Virus record (IMG/VR): IMGVR_UViG_3300045988_174840
Reading direction: 5' to 3' (one strand)
Origin: a virus
DNA: 10,951 nt
Of the stretch, positions 1 to 6,498 are shown in pieces (positions within the stretch are counted from its first letter, which is position 1; each line of letters begins with the position of its first letter). Both the position numbers and the translations under genes were made by a program. A model generated the notes under the pieces. It had not been told where the DNA came from, ran no database searches, and worked only from the letters and a program-made list of their open reading frames with translations.

Positions 1-1
1 C

Positions 2-211
2 ATAGCTATCATCTACTTCTAAAGCGTGCTTCATTTCATAAGCCATGAAAAGACCTACTATGAAGCTAACTATTATTATAGATATAACTGATGCTACCCA
101 AAGCGATAAACCAAAAGCACAACTTATAATAAGTCCAAGACAATAAATCCCTCCAAGATACAACATAATTGTTCCCAATATGCAAGCAATCTCCATTAAA
201 AAGAAAAACAT
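2..211 (-). CDS. Partial (3' end off the window) small hydrophobic membrane protein with 2 predicted TM helices. It is not in the supplied ORF track because no stop lies in the window.
   Basis: ATG at 211..209 is preceded by GAAGGAGAAAATTAAA (strong SD, 8-nt spacing). The minus frame stays open to position 2. Translation is MFFFLMEIACILGTIMLYLGGIYCLGLIISCAFGLSLWVASVISIIIVSFIVGLFMAYEMKHALEVDDSY..., two long hydrophobic stretches. Confidence 0.45.
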   Translation of the reverse strand, partial: MFFFLMEIACILGTIMLYLGGIYCLGLIISCAFGLSLWVASVISIIIVSFIVGLFMAYEMKHALEVDDSY

Positions 212-232
212 TTTAATTTTCTCCTTCTCATT

Positions 233-529
233 TTATTTTATTTCCTCCATCATCATATCTCCGTCATAAAGGATATATTCTGGCGGAGTATGTGGAAAGA
301 AAAATTCTTTAATTTGTTCAATCTCTTTTATTGTAATACCCGGCTTAAAATCTCCTGAAAGTGTAACTGCCGCCAGTGTTTCAGCGTCAGTAATCTCAGT
401 GTAATTATACCAGTTTTCTGCTTTTGCTTTAAAATTTGCTTTTAAATCTAAAGTTAGCGGGAAACCCTCTAATTTAAAAAAAGTTTCAATTTTTTTCATT
501 GTAGCTTCGATCAGTTTTGTGTTTGTCAT
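233..529 (-). CDS. Hypothetical protein of about 98 aa. The ORF track extends it to 535, but the ATG at 529 has the better SD spacing.
   Basis: Complete ORF. GAGG lies 2 nt from the 535 ATG and 8 nt from the 529 ATG. Its own TGnTATAAT promoter is at 559-587. No motif recognised. Confidence 0.6.
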   Translation of the reverse strand: MTNTKLIEATMKKIETFFKLEGFPLTLDLKANFKAKAENWYNYTEITDAETLAAVTLSGDFKPGITIKEIEQIKEFFFPHTPPEYILYDGDMMMEEIK

Positions 530-607
530 ATGCATTACCTCTTTCTTTTGATATGTTTATTATATCATAAATTTTAAAAATAATAAAGTATATTTCTTTT
601 ATTAAGA

Positions 608-658
608 TAAAAAAAATTATTATAATTAAGCAGTATTTTATACTGCTTAATTATAATA
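608..658 (-). terminator. Rho-independent terminator for the AAA ATPase gene
   Basis: Perfect 18-bp stem (618-635 pairs with 641-658, loop TTTTA). On the minus-strand RNA it is followed by AUUUUUUUUAUC (plus 606-617). It lies 16 nt after the stop at 674. Confidence 0.7.
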
Positions 659-673
659 TAAAATAAAATTAAA

Positions 674-1786
674 TTAAAGTGCATAATGAATTCTTTCACT
701 AGGAATTTTTTTAATCAGCATATATTCTGGTTTTGCAGAAATATATTTATTGTAAAGCTCTAAGCTTTGTTTAACTTCTGAATCATTTAAGCTTTCATTA
801 ATAACACACTGTAAAGATTTACCTGGAATAATACAGCCATGTTCTTTATTGTAAATAGCATCTTTTGGGTTGAAAGTACACATTAGTACGTCAAACTTAA
901 AAACGCTATCTTCAAATTCATAGATTCTGCTCTTATTATCAAACATATCTACTAAACAATGGGGACATTCCGCAATAGCTCCATTCGAAAAATGAATAGT
1001 TAAATTATAATTATCACCAGTAAGATGCAAAATATTCAAATCTTTAATAGCCTCTTCAAAAGTTTCTTCGTTTTGTAATTCAAAAGCAATGGCTCTTAAA
1101 CAATCATAATTCAAATATATTTTTTCTGAAAAACTAATTATTTTATCAATTTCTTTATATTGAGATTTTAAGAGATGATCTTCCATATACTCACGAATTT
1201 CCTCTGGGGTCGGATATTCAAAGCGGAAGTGATAATGAAAACGCCCTGGTCTATTAACTAAATAATTATTTAATCCTGTTAAAATATTACAAGTAATAAC
1301 AAAAAGTTTTTTACCCATGGCTATTCCATCAAACAAACTTAGCAATTCTGTTTGAGCTTTTTCATTTCCACTTCTGGAAAAAGTCTTATCAAATTCATCA
1401 AAAAGAATTATCACTTCTTGATTAATAGAGTTAAGATAACTTGCTATACCAGGTATATAGTTATTGACAATAATAATTGGATAACCTTTTTTAATACCTT
1501 CAATAGCAAGAAGTTTTGAGAATAGAGATTTACCAATCCCTTTATCCCCGCTTAATATAACTCCTAAGTTGCGGTCAAACTTAGCGTAAGACCTTAGTAC
1601 TTTCTGTACTTTTGATAAATGGACACCATAAATTTTTTCATTTACTTTAATTTCTGCATATTTTTCTAAAGAAAAACCAGAATTGGGATTAAAACAAACT
1701 TGATACGATTGCGGCGGGAGTTGCGTATAAATTTGCATACTGTCATCATAAATTTTAAAGTTATTTCCAGTATTTATTGCTCTCAT
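674..1786 (-). CDS. Classic-clade AAA ATPase (370 aa) with an uncharacterised Cys-containing C-terminal extension of about 130 aa
   Basis: Walker A GDKGIGKS. Walker B IILFDEFD. Sensor-1 ITCN. Second region of homology VNRPGRFHYHFRF, the RPGRF hallmark of FtsH/Cdc48/Vps4-type AAA. SD AAAGGAA. Own promoter TTGATT-17-TATAAT at 1811-1839. Confidence 0.85.
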   Translation of the reverse strand: MRAINTGNNFKIYDDSMQIYTQLPPQSYQVCFNPNSGFSLEKYAEIKVNEKIYGVHLSKVQKVLRSYAKFDRNLGVILSGDKGIGKSLFSKLLAIEGIKKGYPIIIVNNYIPGIASYLNSINQEVIILFDEFDKTFSRSGNEKAQTELLSLFDGIAMGKKLFVITCNILTGLNNYLVNRPGRFHYHFRFEYPTPEEIREYMEDHLLKSQYKEIDKIISFSEKIYLNYDCLRAIAFELQNEETFEEAIKDLNILHLTGDNYNLTIHFSNGAIAECPHCLVDMFDNKSRIYEFEDSVFKFDVLMCTFNPKDAIYNKEHGCIIPGKSLQCVINESLNDSEVKQSLELYNKYISAKPEYMLIKKIPSERIHYAL

Positions 1787-1810
1787 AAAGTATTCCTTTC
1801 TTTTATTTAT

Positions 1811-1839
1811 ATTATAGTATATTTTTTTAAAAAAATCAA
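1811..1839 (-). promoter_or_regulatory. Sigma-A type promoter (TTGATT-17 nt-TATAAT) for the AAA ATPase. Its -35 overlaps the stop codon of the SprT-like gene.
   Basis: The reverse complement of 1811-1839 reads TTGATT tttttaaaaaaatatac TATAAT. Confidence 0.6.
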
Positions 1840-2342
1840 TTCCAATTTTGCACGATTCTCAGAGGAGCGTTACAACAACCAGAAGCCAAAGCACTTTCTC
1901 CTCTTGTTAAAGAGGAAGAAACATCTCCACGAGCTACTAGTTTACCGCATTTTTTGCAATAGATTTCATACTTATACAGATCACGATGAGGTTTCCATAT
2001 CTGTCTTTCCGCGAATCGTTTAGGATTTTTAATTCCCATTCTTCGCATCTCTGCTTTCCAATACATATCATGACCATGAGGTTTTCCAGTATCCCATATT
2101 ACAAAAGCATGAGCCAATTCATGCATTGTCGTAGTAATAATTGCTTCTTTTGTTCCAAATTTTAATAATTTTTCAGAAAATTCAATAGATTCAATGTTCA
2201 TAGTACGATCATTTGTATGTTCAAATACAACTCGACCTAACATAGTAACTAAATTAGGATTAATTACGATTGGACAGTAAATTGTTTTATTTCTTTCTTT
2301 TGCGATATAATTACATAAGCTAAGCATTTCTTTTTCAGTCAT
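1836..2342 (-). CDS. SprT-like zinc metalloprotease (168 aa): HExxH domain plus C-terminal zinc ribbon
   Basis: TMHELAHAF (HExxH) is followed by the downstream His/Asp of SprT/Wss1-like folds. The C-terminus has CKKCGK...GCCNAP (a Cys4 ribbon). The gene lies directly upstream of the AAA ATPase on the same strand. Confidence 0.75.
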   Translation of the reverse strand: MTEKEMLSLCNYIAKERNKTIYCPIVINPNLVTMLGRVVFEHTNDRTMNIESIEFSEKLLKFGTKEAIITTTMHELAHAFVIWDTGKPHGHDMYWKAEMRRMGIKNPKRFAERQIWKPHRDLYKYEIYCKKCGKLVARGDVSSSLTRGESALASGCCNAPLRIVQNWN

Positions 2343-2406
2343 ATATTATATACCTCTTCATATTTTATTTTATTTCATTTCAATAGAGAATTACAGTATT
2401 AATTCT

Positions 2407-2426
2407 TAGTTAATTGTTATTAACTA
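2407..2426. promoter_or_regulatory. 20-bp palindrome TAGTTAAT-TGTT-ATTAACTA between the divergent SprT-like and HTH genes. Candidate operator.
   Basis: Perfect 8-bp inverted arms seen directly in the sequence. It sits in the divergent promoter region. Confidence 0.35.
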
Positions 2427-2509
2427 TATAACTTTTTTCTTTTAATATATATATTATATTATAATTTTATAAAAAAATCAATGAGAAATTATCGGCAAGT
2501 AGTTAAATA

Positions 2510-2538
2510 TTGAAAAAGTATAAAAAATATGTTATAAT
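2510..2538 (+). promoter_or_regulatory. Sigma-A promoter TTGAAA-17-TGtTATAAT for the small HTH gene
   Basis: TTGAAA is at 2510-2515 and TG-extended TATAAT at 2533-2538. The ORF-track start at 2510 is the TTG of this -35 hexamer. Confidence 0.6.
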
Positions 2539-2572
2539 ATTTAATATAAACAAGAGAAAAGAGGACACGGGA

Positions 2573-2749
2573 TTGACAAGAGAAGAATTAAGTGCGGAAT
2601 TGGGTATAAGTGAGAATAGAATATTACGTCACTGGCGGGAAGTGTGTAATAGCTATGAGCGGATTGGGATTAAGTTGATTAAAAGAGGGAAGGGAAAAAA
2701 CGCGGAGTATGGTATTTTAAAAAAAGACGAGACTATAGCAAGATTTTAG
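2573..2749 (+). CDS. Small HTH DNA-binding protein (58 aa) with a TTG start. The ORF-track N-terminus at 2510..2572 is promoter sequence, not coding.
   Basis: The SD AAAGAGGA (2557-2565) sits 7 nt before the in-frame TTG at 2573. Product MTREELSAELGISENRILRHW..., a helix-turn-helix pattern. Confidence 0.5.
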   Translation: MTREELSAELGISENRILRHWREVCNSYERIGIKLIKRGKGKNAEYGILKKDETIARF

Positions 2750-3253
2750 GTGTAGGTGAGGGTATTTATGGTAACGGTTGAAAATACAGATGGGACTATA
2801 GATGTGTATGGTAATCTTGGTTGCGTAATCATATAAATATAGAGCGAAACAAAAGAGAAAGAATCGGGGAATTATGTAAATATTTTATTTCTGGAAAAAT
2901 ATGTGGCGGCAAGGAGAAAATTTTAATAAAAGATATTGATAATAACTATACTAGATGTCTTTCATATGAATCGGAATAAGAAGAGGAGTTTGTTGCGGAT
3001 GAAGCTGGATATAAAGATCTTTGAAGTAAGAATTGCCGCATATAAAAAATAGAGGATTTTCTTTGGAGAGAATTTTAAGATAAGAGGATATTATGACGAG
3101 AAAAGTTTAACTGTTTTGTTGAAAGACGAAATTAAATGTCGAAATGTACACTTTTTCAACAAAATTGTTAAAAAAATATGTTTATATTAAAAGGACGAAA
3201 TTTGTTAAGTTTCTTCCAAAAATTTTAAAGAAAAGTGAAAGGAGTTTAACAAA

Positions 3254-3868
3254 ATGGAAAATTTAACGAATATAATGTATTTATATCTATTGATTCATCA
3301 AGGACATTTTGAAAAGGTGAATTATAGTAAGATATCTAAAGAGTTAGGTGTAACTAGACAAACACTATCAAAACAATATAATTCATTACTAGATAATGAA
3401 ATGATAATAAAAGATGATTTTGGTTTTATTAAAGTTAAAGAAGTTTTAGAATTTGATGAAGAAGATTTAGAAATTATTAAAAATAAAATAGTAGAATATC
3501 CTTCTTCTTATATTGGATATTTACTATTAAAAAGAAGATTATTATACGAAACAGATGCTTCTATTTGTAGTATACTAAAGATAAGTGAAAAATTTATTAA
3601 GAATTATCAACAAAAAATTATTTTTGATAAGAATAATGGAGAAGAAGATGTAGTAAACTATATATATGCTATTGTTTTAAATAAAGAAATAAAGTACGTA
3701 GGTTCAACAGAAGATTTAATAAACAGGATACAAATTCATTGCAATAAAAGAAAGTTTTTAGCAGAGAATAATTTTATTATTTTAGAAAAATGTTCGAGGA
3801 AGAATAGATTTGATAGAGAATCTTTTTATAGAAAGTTATTTAATCCAGAATGGAATACAATTATTTAG
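3254..3868 (+). CDS. Fusion protein: N-terminal winged-HTH + C-terminal GIY-YIG nuclease domain (204 aa)
   Basis: SD AAAGGAG is 9 nt upstream. The N-terminal NYSKISKELGVTRQTLSKQYNSL is wHTH-like. The C-terminal NYIYAIV...KYVGSTEDLINRIQIH...FDRESFY...NPEWN matches GIY-x(10)-YIG with the conserved Arg, His, Glu and Asn. Confidence 0.75.
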   Translation: MENLTNIMYLYLLIHQGHFEKVNYSKISKELGVTRQTLSKQYNSLLDNEMIIKDDFGFIKVKEVLEFDEEDLEIIKNKIVEYPSSYIGYLLLKRRLLYETDASICSILKISEKFIKNYQQKIIFDKNNGEEDVVNYIYAIVLNKEIKYVGSTEDLINRIQIHCNKRKFLAENNFIILEKCSRKNRFDRESFYRKLFNPEWNTII

Positions 3869-3879
3869 AGGAAGGAAAA

Positions 3880-4239
3880 ATGGAAACTAGAGAAAATCAA
3901 AAGGTGGTTACAACTATGAAAGCTTTACATGACAGTAATAATTTATATTCTCCAGTTAATATTGAAGCAGCAAGTAAAGCAATGTCTTTGTTAAAACCTA
4001 ATACTTTTAAAATTTGGTTTTATTTAGGAAAAAACCAAGATCAATATACTTTTGCATTATCTAAAATAGATGTTATGAAATTTTGTAATATATCGCGGTC
4101 TACTTATTTATCTTCTATAAAGGAATTGATTGATACACATTATCTAGTTCCAGATAAAGATGGCTCTAATCATTATAATTTTTATGAATTTCCTCAAGAA
4201 GTAGAAGATGATTTGATTATAACAATAAATAAAGGATAA
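3880..4239 (+). CDS. Winged-HTH DNA-binding protein (119 aa), a possible origin-binding or regulatory protein
   Basis: GAGGAAGGAAAA precedes the ATG at 3880; the ORF-track start at 3850 lies inside the upstream gene. FKIWFYLGKNQDQYTFALSKIDVMKFCNISRSTYLSSIKELIDTHYL resembles replisome-organiser/Rep-type wHTH. The iteron region begins 10 bp after its stop. Confidence 0.65.
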   Translation: METRENQKVVTTMKALHDSNNLYSPVNIEAASKAMSLLKPNTFKIWFYLGKNQDQYTFALSKIDVMKFCNISRSTYLSSIKELIDTHYLVPDKDGSNHYNFYEFPQEVEDDLIITINKG

Positions 4240-4249
4240 AATAAAGATA

Positions 4250-4289
4250 GGTATAATTTTAATACCCTTAAGGGTATTAAAATTATACC
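4250..4289. repeat. Perfect 18-bp inverted repeat GGTATAATTTTAATACCC-TTAA-GGGTATTAAAATTATACC (an iteron core in inverted orientation)
   Basis: The arms 4250-4267 and 4272-4289 are exact reverse complements. Confidence 0.9.
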
Positions 4290-4291
4290 TC

Positions 4292-4318
4292 AGTGGTATT
4301 AAAATTATACCAGAAATA
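4292..4318 (+). repeat. Iteron-like 27-bp direct repeat AGTGGTATTAAAATTATACCAGAAATA, copy 1. The core GGTATTAAAATTATACC also occurs at 4273-4289.
   Basis: Identical to 4466-4492. Both copies are followed by similar AT-rich TATATTATA tracts. Confidence 0.85.
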
Positions 4319-4338
4319 ATACATATATTATATTATAA

Positions 4339-4406
4339 AAGAAGTAATTTCATTACTTCGTATTCAAGCACTTCGTGCTTTCATACTCGTAATGAAATTA
4401 CTTCTT
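4339..4406. repeat. Large composite palindrome: 18-bp outer arms AAGAAGTAATTTCATTAC / GTAATGAAATTACTTCTT enclosing an inner hairpin AGCAC-TTC-GTGCT
   Basis: The outer arms 4339-4356 and 4389-4406 are exact reverse complements. The inner hairpin is at 4367-4379. Confidence 0.85.
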
Positions 4407-4465
4407 AGCCGCCGATAATTTTGCAAAATGTCGAAAAAGTGTAACACAATATAATATAATATAAT

Positions 4466-4492
4466 AGTGGTATTAAAATTATACCAGAAATA
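4466..4492 (+). repeat. Iteron-like 27-bp direct repeat, copy 2
   Basis: Exact copy of 4292-4318, 174 bp away. Confidence 0.85.
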
Positions 4493-4545
4493 TTACATAT
4501 TATACTATATTATATTATATAACTATTATATAATAATAATAATAT

Positions 4546-4582
4546 AGGTAATGTATCATACCTTCGGTATGATACATTACCT
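4546..4582. repeat. Perfect 17-bp-stem hairpin AGGTAATGTATCATACC-TTC-GGTATGATACATTACCT (a UUCG-type loop)
   Basis: Exact inverted repeat. It lies at the boundary between the AT-rich origin-like region and the purine tract. Confidence 0.85.
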
Positions 4583-4599
4583 TAGTGTAAATTAAAATG

Positions 4600-5400
4600 A
4601 AGAGTTTTATGCGGGGTGGGGTATTTAGTAGTTGAATCCGCTTTGTTTTAGAGGGACTCTTGTTTAATTTTAAAATGTCAAGGAACGTTTTAAAAAATGA
4701 TTTGAAAATTTTAAGGTTTAAGTAAATTAGGAAAGTTTTTCGGAAGGCATGAGAAAAAGTAAGAAAAGAAGTATGGTATATTTAGAGAATGGCAAAGAAT
4801 ATTACTGAATAATAACAAAGAGTTAGAGAGTTTTGTTAAAAACGAGTTATGGTTTTTTGGTTAGAAAAGTGTGGAAGAGGGTATTTAAATTATAAGAGAA
4901 GTATGGGAGTGCGGAATTGAATTTAATTAAAGTGCTTCCGCATTTAAAAAGCAAGGTTAAATAAAAATTGCGGGTTACAGAATTGCTTAAATAAAATTAT
5001 TAAAATTTTGCGTGAGGAGTTTGATTTTGGAGAGAATTAAGGGTAGCTTTAATAAAATATAAAGATTGGATTAAAGGTGCGTAAGGTTAAGATAATAAAA
5101 TATTTTAGAATTAGAGGGAATTGATGATAGGTTAATAAAAATAATAAGACTGAGTAAAGAGAATTTAATGTTTGGATTAAGAGAAAGTATAAGTTAGATT
5201 AAGAGAGAAGAAGGTTGAAGTATATAAAATAATAAGCGGAAGTGAGGATTTTGAGATTGGGTTAAGAGAGGAGTGAGATTAGAGTGAGAGAGCGTAGAAT
5301 TGGAGTGTAGAGAGGATGAGAGTGAGGCGTGAGTGGAGAAAGGATAGAGCGAGGCTGAAAAAATGCGAGAAAAAGGTGAAAAAAATTGTGAGAGTGAAGT
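4600..5400 (+). repeat. ~800-bp non-coding tract that is almost cytosine-free on the + strand (G/A/T only). It carries degenerate GATTAAGAGAG-type repeats.
   Basis: By eye there are about 40 C in about 800 nt, against abundant G. The motif (G/A)GATTAAGAGAG(G/A)AG recurs near 5068, 5174, 5196 and 5258. There is no SD-led ORF of meaningful length. Confidence 0.8.
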
Positions 5401-5430
5401 GCTCAGCCTCACTCTCCCTATCCTACCTCA
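5301..5430. repeat. Long imperfect inverted repeat GAGAGGATGAGAGTGAGGCGTGAG / GCTCAGCCTCACTCTCCCTATCCTACCTC at the 3' end of gene 5438..5833. Candidate terminator or structured element.
   Basis: Arms at about 5301-5330 and 5401-5430 pair over about 20 bp with one bulge. The strand composition flips exactly here. Confidence 0.5.
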
Positions 5431-5437
5431 GAGCTCT

Positions 5438-5833
5438 TTATACGAGCCCAGAGAGGATTTTTCTAATAATTTCATCATCTGATAAAGCTTTTTCATTCTC
5501 CCGTTTTACATCTCTTTTTAAATCTGTATCTACTCTTTTAATTCCAAATGATCTTCCCCTTGGAATATCACCCATTTTACCAAAAGCTTCAATAGTCTTT
5601 TCCATCTTAGTAAACTCTGTCATAAGATTTTTTCTATCCTCAGCAGACTCTTTTTTATCAATAGCTCCAAGAGCAATTCCATACGCTACAAACGCGTCAA
5701 CCAATTTGTTTCTCGCATCTACAATCGCCTTTGTGCGGGTTTCCTTAGTCTGCTCCGCCTCGATTTCAGCTCTTACCGCCTTAAGAATTTCATCTGTTGT
5801 TTTGCCTTCTGCGATCATTCTTTTAATATCCAT
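5438..5833 (-). CDS. Hypothetical alpha-helical protein (131 aa)
   Basis: SD AAAGGAGA is 7 nt before the ATG. Its own promoter lies at 5881-5909. Codon usage is visibly GC-richer (GCG/GCC/CGC) than neighbouring genes. No motif recognised. Confidence 0.65.
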   Translation of the reverse strand: MDIKRMIAEGKTTDEILKAVRAEIEAEQTKETRTKAIVDARNKLVDAFVAYGIALGAIDKKESAEDRKNLMTEFTKMEKTIEAFGKMGDIPRGRSFGIKRVDTDLKRDVKRENEKALSDDEIIRKILSGLV

Positions 5834-5880
5834 AGTATGTTCTCCTTTTGAAATGTTTATTTGTTTTTCTTTATGTATAT

Positions 5881-5909
5881 ATTATATCAAAAAATTATAG
5901 AAAATTCAA
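5881..5909 (-). promoter_or_regulatory. Promoter TTGAAT-17-TGaTATAAT, proximal promoter of gene 5438..5833
   Basis: The reverse complement reads TTGAAT tttctataatttttga TATAAT. Confidence 0.55.
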
Positions 5910-6023
5910 AGGGGAAGACATCTTTCTAGCTATTGTTGGGCTTAATTAGTTTCCAAAAATTTTAAATGAGATAAGGCTCGACGTAAAAATGGAAGGCGGA
6001 AAATAAAAATGGCTTTTTTTACT

Positions 6024-6052
6024 ATTATATCATATATTTTGTTAAAAATCAA
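6024..6052 (-). promoter_or_regulatory. Promoter TTGATT-17-TGaTATAAT with no ORF directly downstream; reads into the long leader towards gene 5438..5833
   Basis: The reverse complement reads TTGATT tttaacaaaatatatga TATAAT. Confidence 0.5.
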
Positions 6053-6187
6053 GCGGAGAGAGGTGAGGTATGTTAAAATTGCGGGATTCTAGAGTAGTGA
6101 TTCAAAATTCCAAACATCTAGGAAAAAAGCCCATATAGGCGATCTTTGTGGTAGGTCGGATCCGAGTCCTTTGAACTCGGACCGCTG

Positions 6188-6216
6188 ATTATATCACAGC
6201 CGCCGCGTTTTGTCAA
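6188..6216 (-). promoter_or_regulatory. Consensus promoter TTGACA-17-TGaTATAAT. Its transcript would begin at the 6154-6185 hairpin.
   Basis: The reverse complement reads TTGACA aaacgcggcggctgtga TATAAT. Confidence 0.6.
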
Positions 6217-6435
6217 TAGGCAAATTATATAAATTTTTCATTATTTTTTTAGTAATATTGCACAAAAAGTCATTTTTACCAAAAATTTCATTAAAAATAG
6301 GATTTTTTTTGGTAAAAATGACTAAAATAAATAAAAATGTACAAAAAAATAGCCAAAAACCGCGTAATTTTTGGCTATTTTATATAGAATATAGAATTTT
6401 ATTGAATTTTTATAAGAAATTTTAGTTATTTTGTA

Positions 6436-6472
6436 TAGAATAGTCAGAAATGTAAATTTTCTGACTATTCTA
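6436..6472. terminator. 15-bp perfect hairpin TAGAATAGTCAGAAA-TGTAAAT-TTTCTGACTATTCTA, 27 nt after the stop of gene 6499..6900. Possible terminator. Two further inverted repeats lie upstream at 6268-6323 and 6350-6377.
   Basis: Exact inverted repeat. The T-run is modest (AATTTTTAG on the + side), so the terminator function is uncertain. Confidence 0.4.
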
Positions 6473-6498
6473 CGTAATTTTTAGTTACCTTGAACTGC

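Noticed and set aside
1700-2023. ORF-track + strand ORF of 107 aa
   Set aside because: It lies entirely antisense to the AAA ATPase and SprT-like genes, has no SD, and its translation is low-complexity. It is an antisense shadow ORF.
2510-2572. N-terminal 21 codons of the ORF-track 79-aa HTH ORF
   Set aside because: The TTG 'start' at 2510 is the -35 hexamer (TTGAAA) of a textbook promoter whose -10 lies at 2533-2538. A strong SD followed by an in-frame TTG at 2573 gives a 58-aa HTH protein instead.
4250-4500. Possible CRISPR array suggested by the repeated GGTATTAAAATTATACC units
   Set aside because: There are only three direct copies with irregular spacing (22 bp and 174 bp). One copy is inverted, the repeats are AT-rich and partly palindromic, and there are no cas genes. 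This fits iterons, not CRISPR.
4611-4641. Possible tRNA or G-quadruplex at GCGGGGTGGGGTATTTAGTAGTTGAATCCGC
   Set aside because: Only two G-runs are present, so no G4. The stem GCGG/CCGC has a 23-nt loop, and there is no cloverleaf or acceptor-stem pattern.
5194-5900. ORF-track ORFs 5194..5412 (-) and 5316..5900 (+)
   Set aside because: The first is a Ser/Leu/Phe/Pro low-complexity translation of the CT-rich complement of the purine tract. The second runs antisense across gene 5438..5833. Neither has an SD.
6210-6425. ORF-track + strand 71-aa ORF
   Set aside because: It starts at a TTG inside the -35 of the minus-strand promoter, has no SD, and spans the inverted-repeat cluster. Not coding.
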